DNA of 64,000 nucleotides, from assembly GCA_034678605.1 (NCBI GenBank), contig JAXDBQ010000032.1, positions 40,265 to 104,264 on the forward strand, given 5' to 3'. Positions 62,746 to 64,000 of the stretch are shown piece by piece. Every line of letters begins with the position of its first letter. Position 1 is the first letter of the stretch. The position numbers were made by a program, and so were the translations under genes. A model generated the notes under the pieces. It had not been told where the DNA came from, did no database searches, and saw only the letters and a program-made list of their open reading frames with translations. Source of the stretch: Patescibacteria group bacterium. GTDB lineage: Bacteria > Patescibacteriota > Minisyncoccia > Minisyncoccales > UBA5738.

Positions 62746-63264
62746 ATGAACAACGGAACATCTGTCGGCGGGGAATCGCCCACCGGCCCCACAAATTTGA
62801 ACCAAGGGTCAAAACCCGGGTTTACGCCGCGTTCCAGTTATGGTGAAAAGCCCAGAGGATTTTTTGAAAGTTTTTTCGGAAGCCGGAGGCAATCCGATAT
62901 TAAAGCCGGGAAATTCCAAACCGCAGCCAAGAAAATGGAAGCTGAAAAAGCAAAAAAGTATTTTGATGGCGGCGTGACTAAATTAAAAACAATCGGCCCG
63001 GCGCTTGGTCCGACTTTTGGGAAAATATCAGGAGCGGATTCCCGCGAAGCGATTGGCAAGGGTTTGGGGCAGATGTTCGGCGTGAGGCAGTCTGATGAAA
63101 AAATAAAATTGGAAACAGTAAAAGAGGTTTATAAAGCCTTGGATAGAGGCGATTGGGGACGCTTCAAAGACCAAAAATTGGCAAAAACATTAAGAACCGA
63201 TTCCGGCAGAAGAGAAGCATTTAAGCGGTCATTAAGAGATCTTGATCCAAGAATTAAGGGTTAG
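62746..63264 (+). CDS. Hypothetical Gly/Lys-rich protein
   Basis: 172 aa, no TM, low complexity. Confidence 0.45.
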   Translation: MNNGTSVGGESPTGPTNLNQGSKPGFTPRSSYGEKPRGFFESFFGSRRQSDIKAGKFQTAAKKMEAEKAKKYFDGGVTKLKTIGPALGPTFGKISGADSREAIGKGLGQMFGVRQSDEKIKLETVKEVYKALDRGDWGRFKDQKLAKTLRTDSGRREAFKRSLRDLDPRIKG

Positions 63265-63284
63265 CTAATTTTTAAAAAGCGATA

Positions 63285-64000
63285 ATGAGCAAATTCGTTA
63301 AAATTTTAATTGTTTTCACTTTGGTGCTGGCCGCGGTGGGCTATGGTTTTTGGCGCAAAAACATCTATTCCAAAGAAGAGTTGAAGTTGGAAATCATCGG
63401 TCCCAAGGAAGCGCAGTTGGGCCAAGAGGTGGAATATGTGGTCAAATACAAGAACAACGGCGAATTCCGTTTGGAAAATCCCAATTTAATGTTTGAGGCG
63501 CCGGAATTTTCCATTAAAGACGATAAAATTTACGCCAAGGAAGCCATTGAATCCGACAAGCTGGGCGGCACAATCTACCCGGGCGAAGAGCGAAGTTTTT
63601 CCTTTAAGTTCCGGATGGTGGGCAAAGCCGGCGACGCCAAGATCGCCAAGGCGACGCTCACCTATCAGCCCAAAAATTTGAGCGCGCGTTATGAATCAAA
63701 CACCACGGCCACCACGGTGATGCAAGAGGTGCCGCTGGATTTGGACATGGATTTGGCATCGACCGTGGAGGCGGACAAAAGTTTTCACTTTAAAATTAAT
63801 TATTTTTCCAACGTTGACTGGCTGCTCACCGATTTGCGGGTGAATGTTGATTATCCGGCCGGCTACGCGTTTTTTGAATCCAGTCCGAAATCATTTGACA
63901 AAAACGAATGGAATGTGCCGGTGTTGAACAAAAATCAATCCGGCATCATTGACATTACGGGCCAGCTTTCCGGCGAATTGGGCGAGGGCAAAGTTTTTCG
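63285..64000 (+). CDS. Membrane-anchored hypothetical protein, 3'-truncated by the window edge
   Basis: ATG at about 63285; open frame to the end of the window (not in the ORF track because it has no stop); N-terminal TM ILIVFTLVLAAVGYGFW. Confidence 0.5.
   Translation, partial: MSKFVKILIVFTLVLAAVGYGFWRKNIYSKEELKLEIIGPKEAQLGQEVEYVVKYKNNGEFRLENPNLMFEAPEFSIKDDKIYAKEAIESDKLGGTIYPGEERSFSFKFRMVGKAGDAKIAKATLTYQPKNLSARYESNTTATTVMQEVPLDLDMDLASTVEADKSFHFKINYFSNVDWLLTDLRVNVDYPAGYAFFESSPKSFDKNEWNVPVLNKNQSGIIDITGQLSGELGEGKVF

Overview
This 64-kb window is a gene-dense bacterial chromosome segment. Its features point to a reduced-genome, CPR/Patescibacteria-like organism. The evidence: a short 498-aa IF-2 lacking the N-terminal domain; several PF18895-like VirB2/TrbC 'pilin' proteins; a stand-alone four-helix-bundle (23S-IVS-type) protein; tRNA genes that mostly do not encode CCA, next to a cca gene; and an anticodon set (Arg-UCG, Ile-UAU-like, Leu-UAA) typical of small genomes. 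All hand-mapped coordinates are approximate to about +/-3 nt. Where my counting disagreed with the ORF track by 1-2 nt, I kept the track coordinates.

Layout:
(1) 7..16120, almost all on the minus strand, is a type-IV-secretion/conjugative-pilus-like surface locus.
- It contains a VirB4 ATPase that is split into two ORFs exactly at a palindromic repeat insertion.
- It also has a PrgI/VirB3-like protein, a VirB6-like polytopic protein, a Cys-rich VirB2-like pilin, and a bitopic protein.
- A HEPN/MNT toxin-antitoxin pair is embedded in it.
- A two-gene membrane operon sits behind a perfect consensus sigma70 promoter.
- Two giant paralogous secreted proteins (842 and about 980 aa) are built from FN3-like, disulfide-containing repeats and end in a VirB2-like two-helix pilin domain.
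(2) 16092..29146 holds housekeeping genes: rsmA, a LysM-M23 peptidase, comM, a DksA/TraR zinc-finger protein, a 989-aa coiled-coil membrane protein, pnp, a NYN-domain protein, rpsO, tRNA-Lys, a small pilin, tRNA-Arg and cca.
(3) 29150..32810 is a structured non-coding stretch plus a small islet.
- It contains tRNA-Pro with a 16-bp direct duplicate of its 3' end.
- Two tandem 90-bp TIR-flanked repeats follow.
- Then come an excisionase-type HTH protein, a Fic protein and tRNA-Glu.
(4) 32910..46131: a GT2 processive glycosyltransferase, recG, an SPFH protein, a 5'-3' exonuclease, a membrane-sensor/histidine-kinase/response-regulator cluster, holA, rpsT, a Mur ligase and a 3D-domain protein.
(5) 46209..51148 is a tRNA-rich region interleaved with rbfA, infB, a DUF4446 protein and rplS.
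- tRNAs: Leu-UAA, Cys-GCA, Ser-CGA, Val-UAC, Leu-GAG, Val-GAC.
- A 360-bp locus holds three tRNA genes nested inside each other's anticodon loops.
(6) ftsH, an S1-domain protein, and a 2-kb repeat-rich non-coding region containing a HicB-like gene.
(7) An IleRS carrying an inserted histidine-phosphatase (PGAM-like) domain.
(8) A DUF4258/DUF2283 toxin-antitoxin pair, a Ca/Na antiporter and hypothetical genes.

The window is saturated with at least eight families of short palindromic or tandem intergenic repeats. Many six-frame ORFs are spurious translations of these repeats or of antisense strands.
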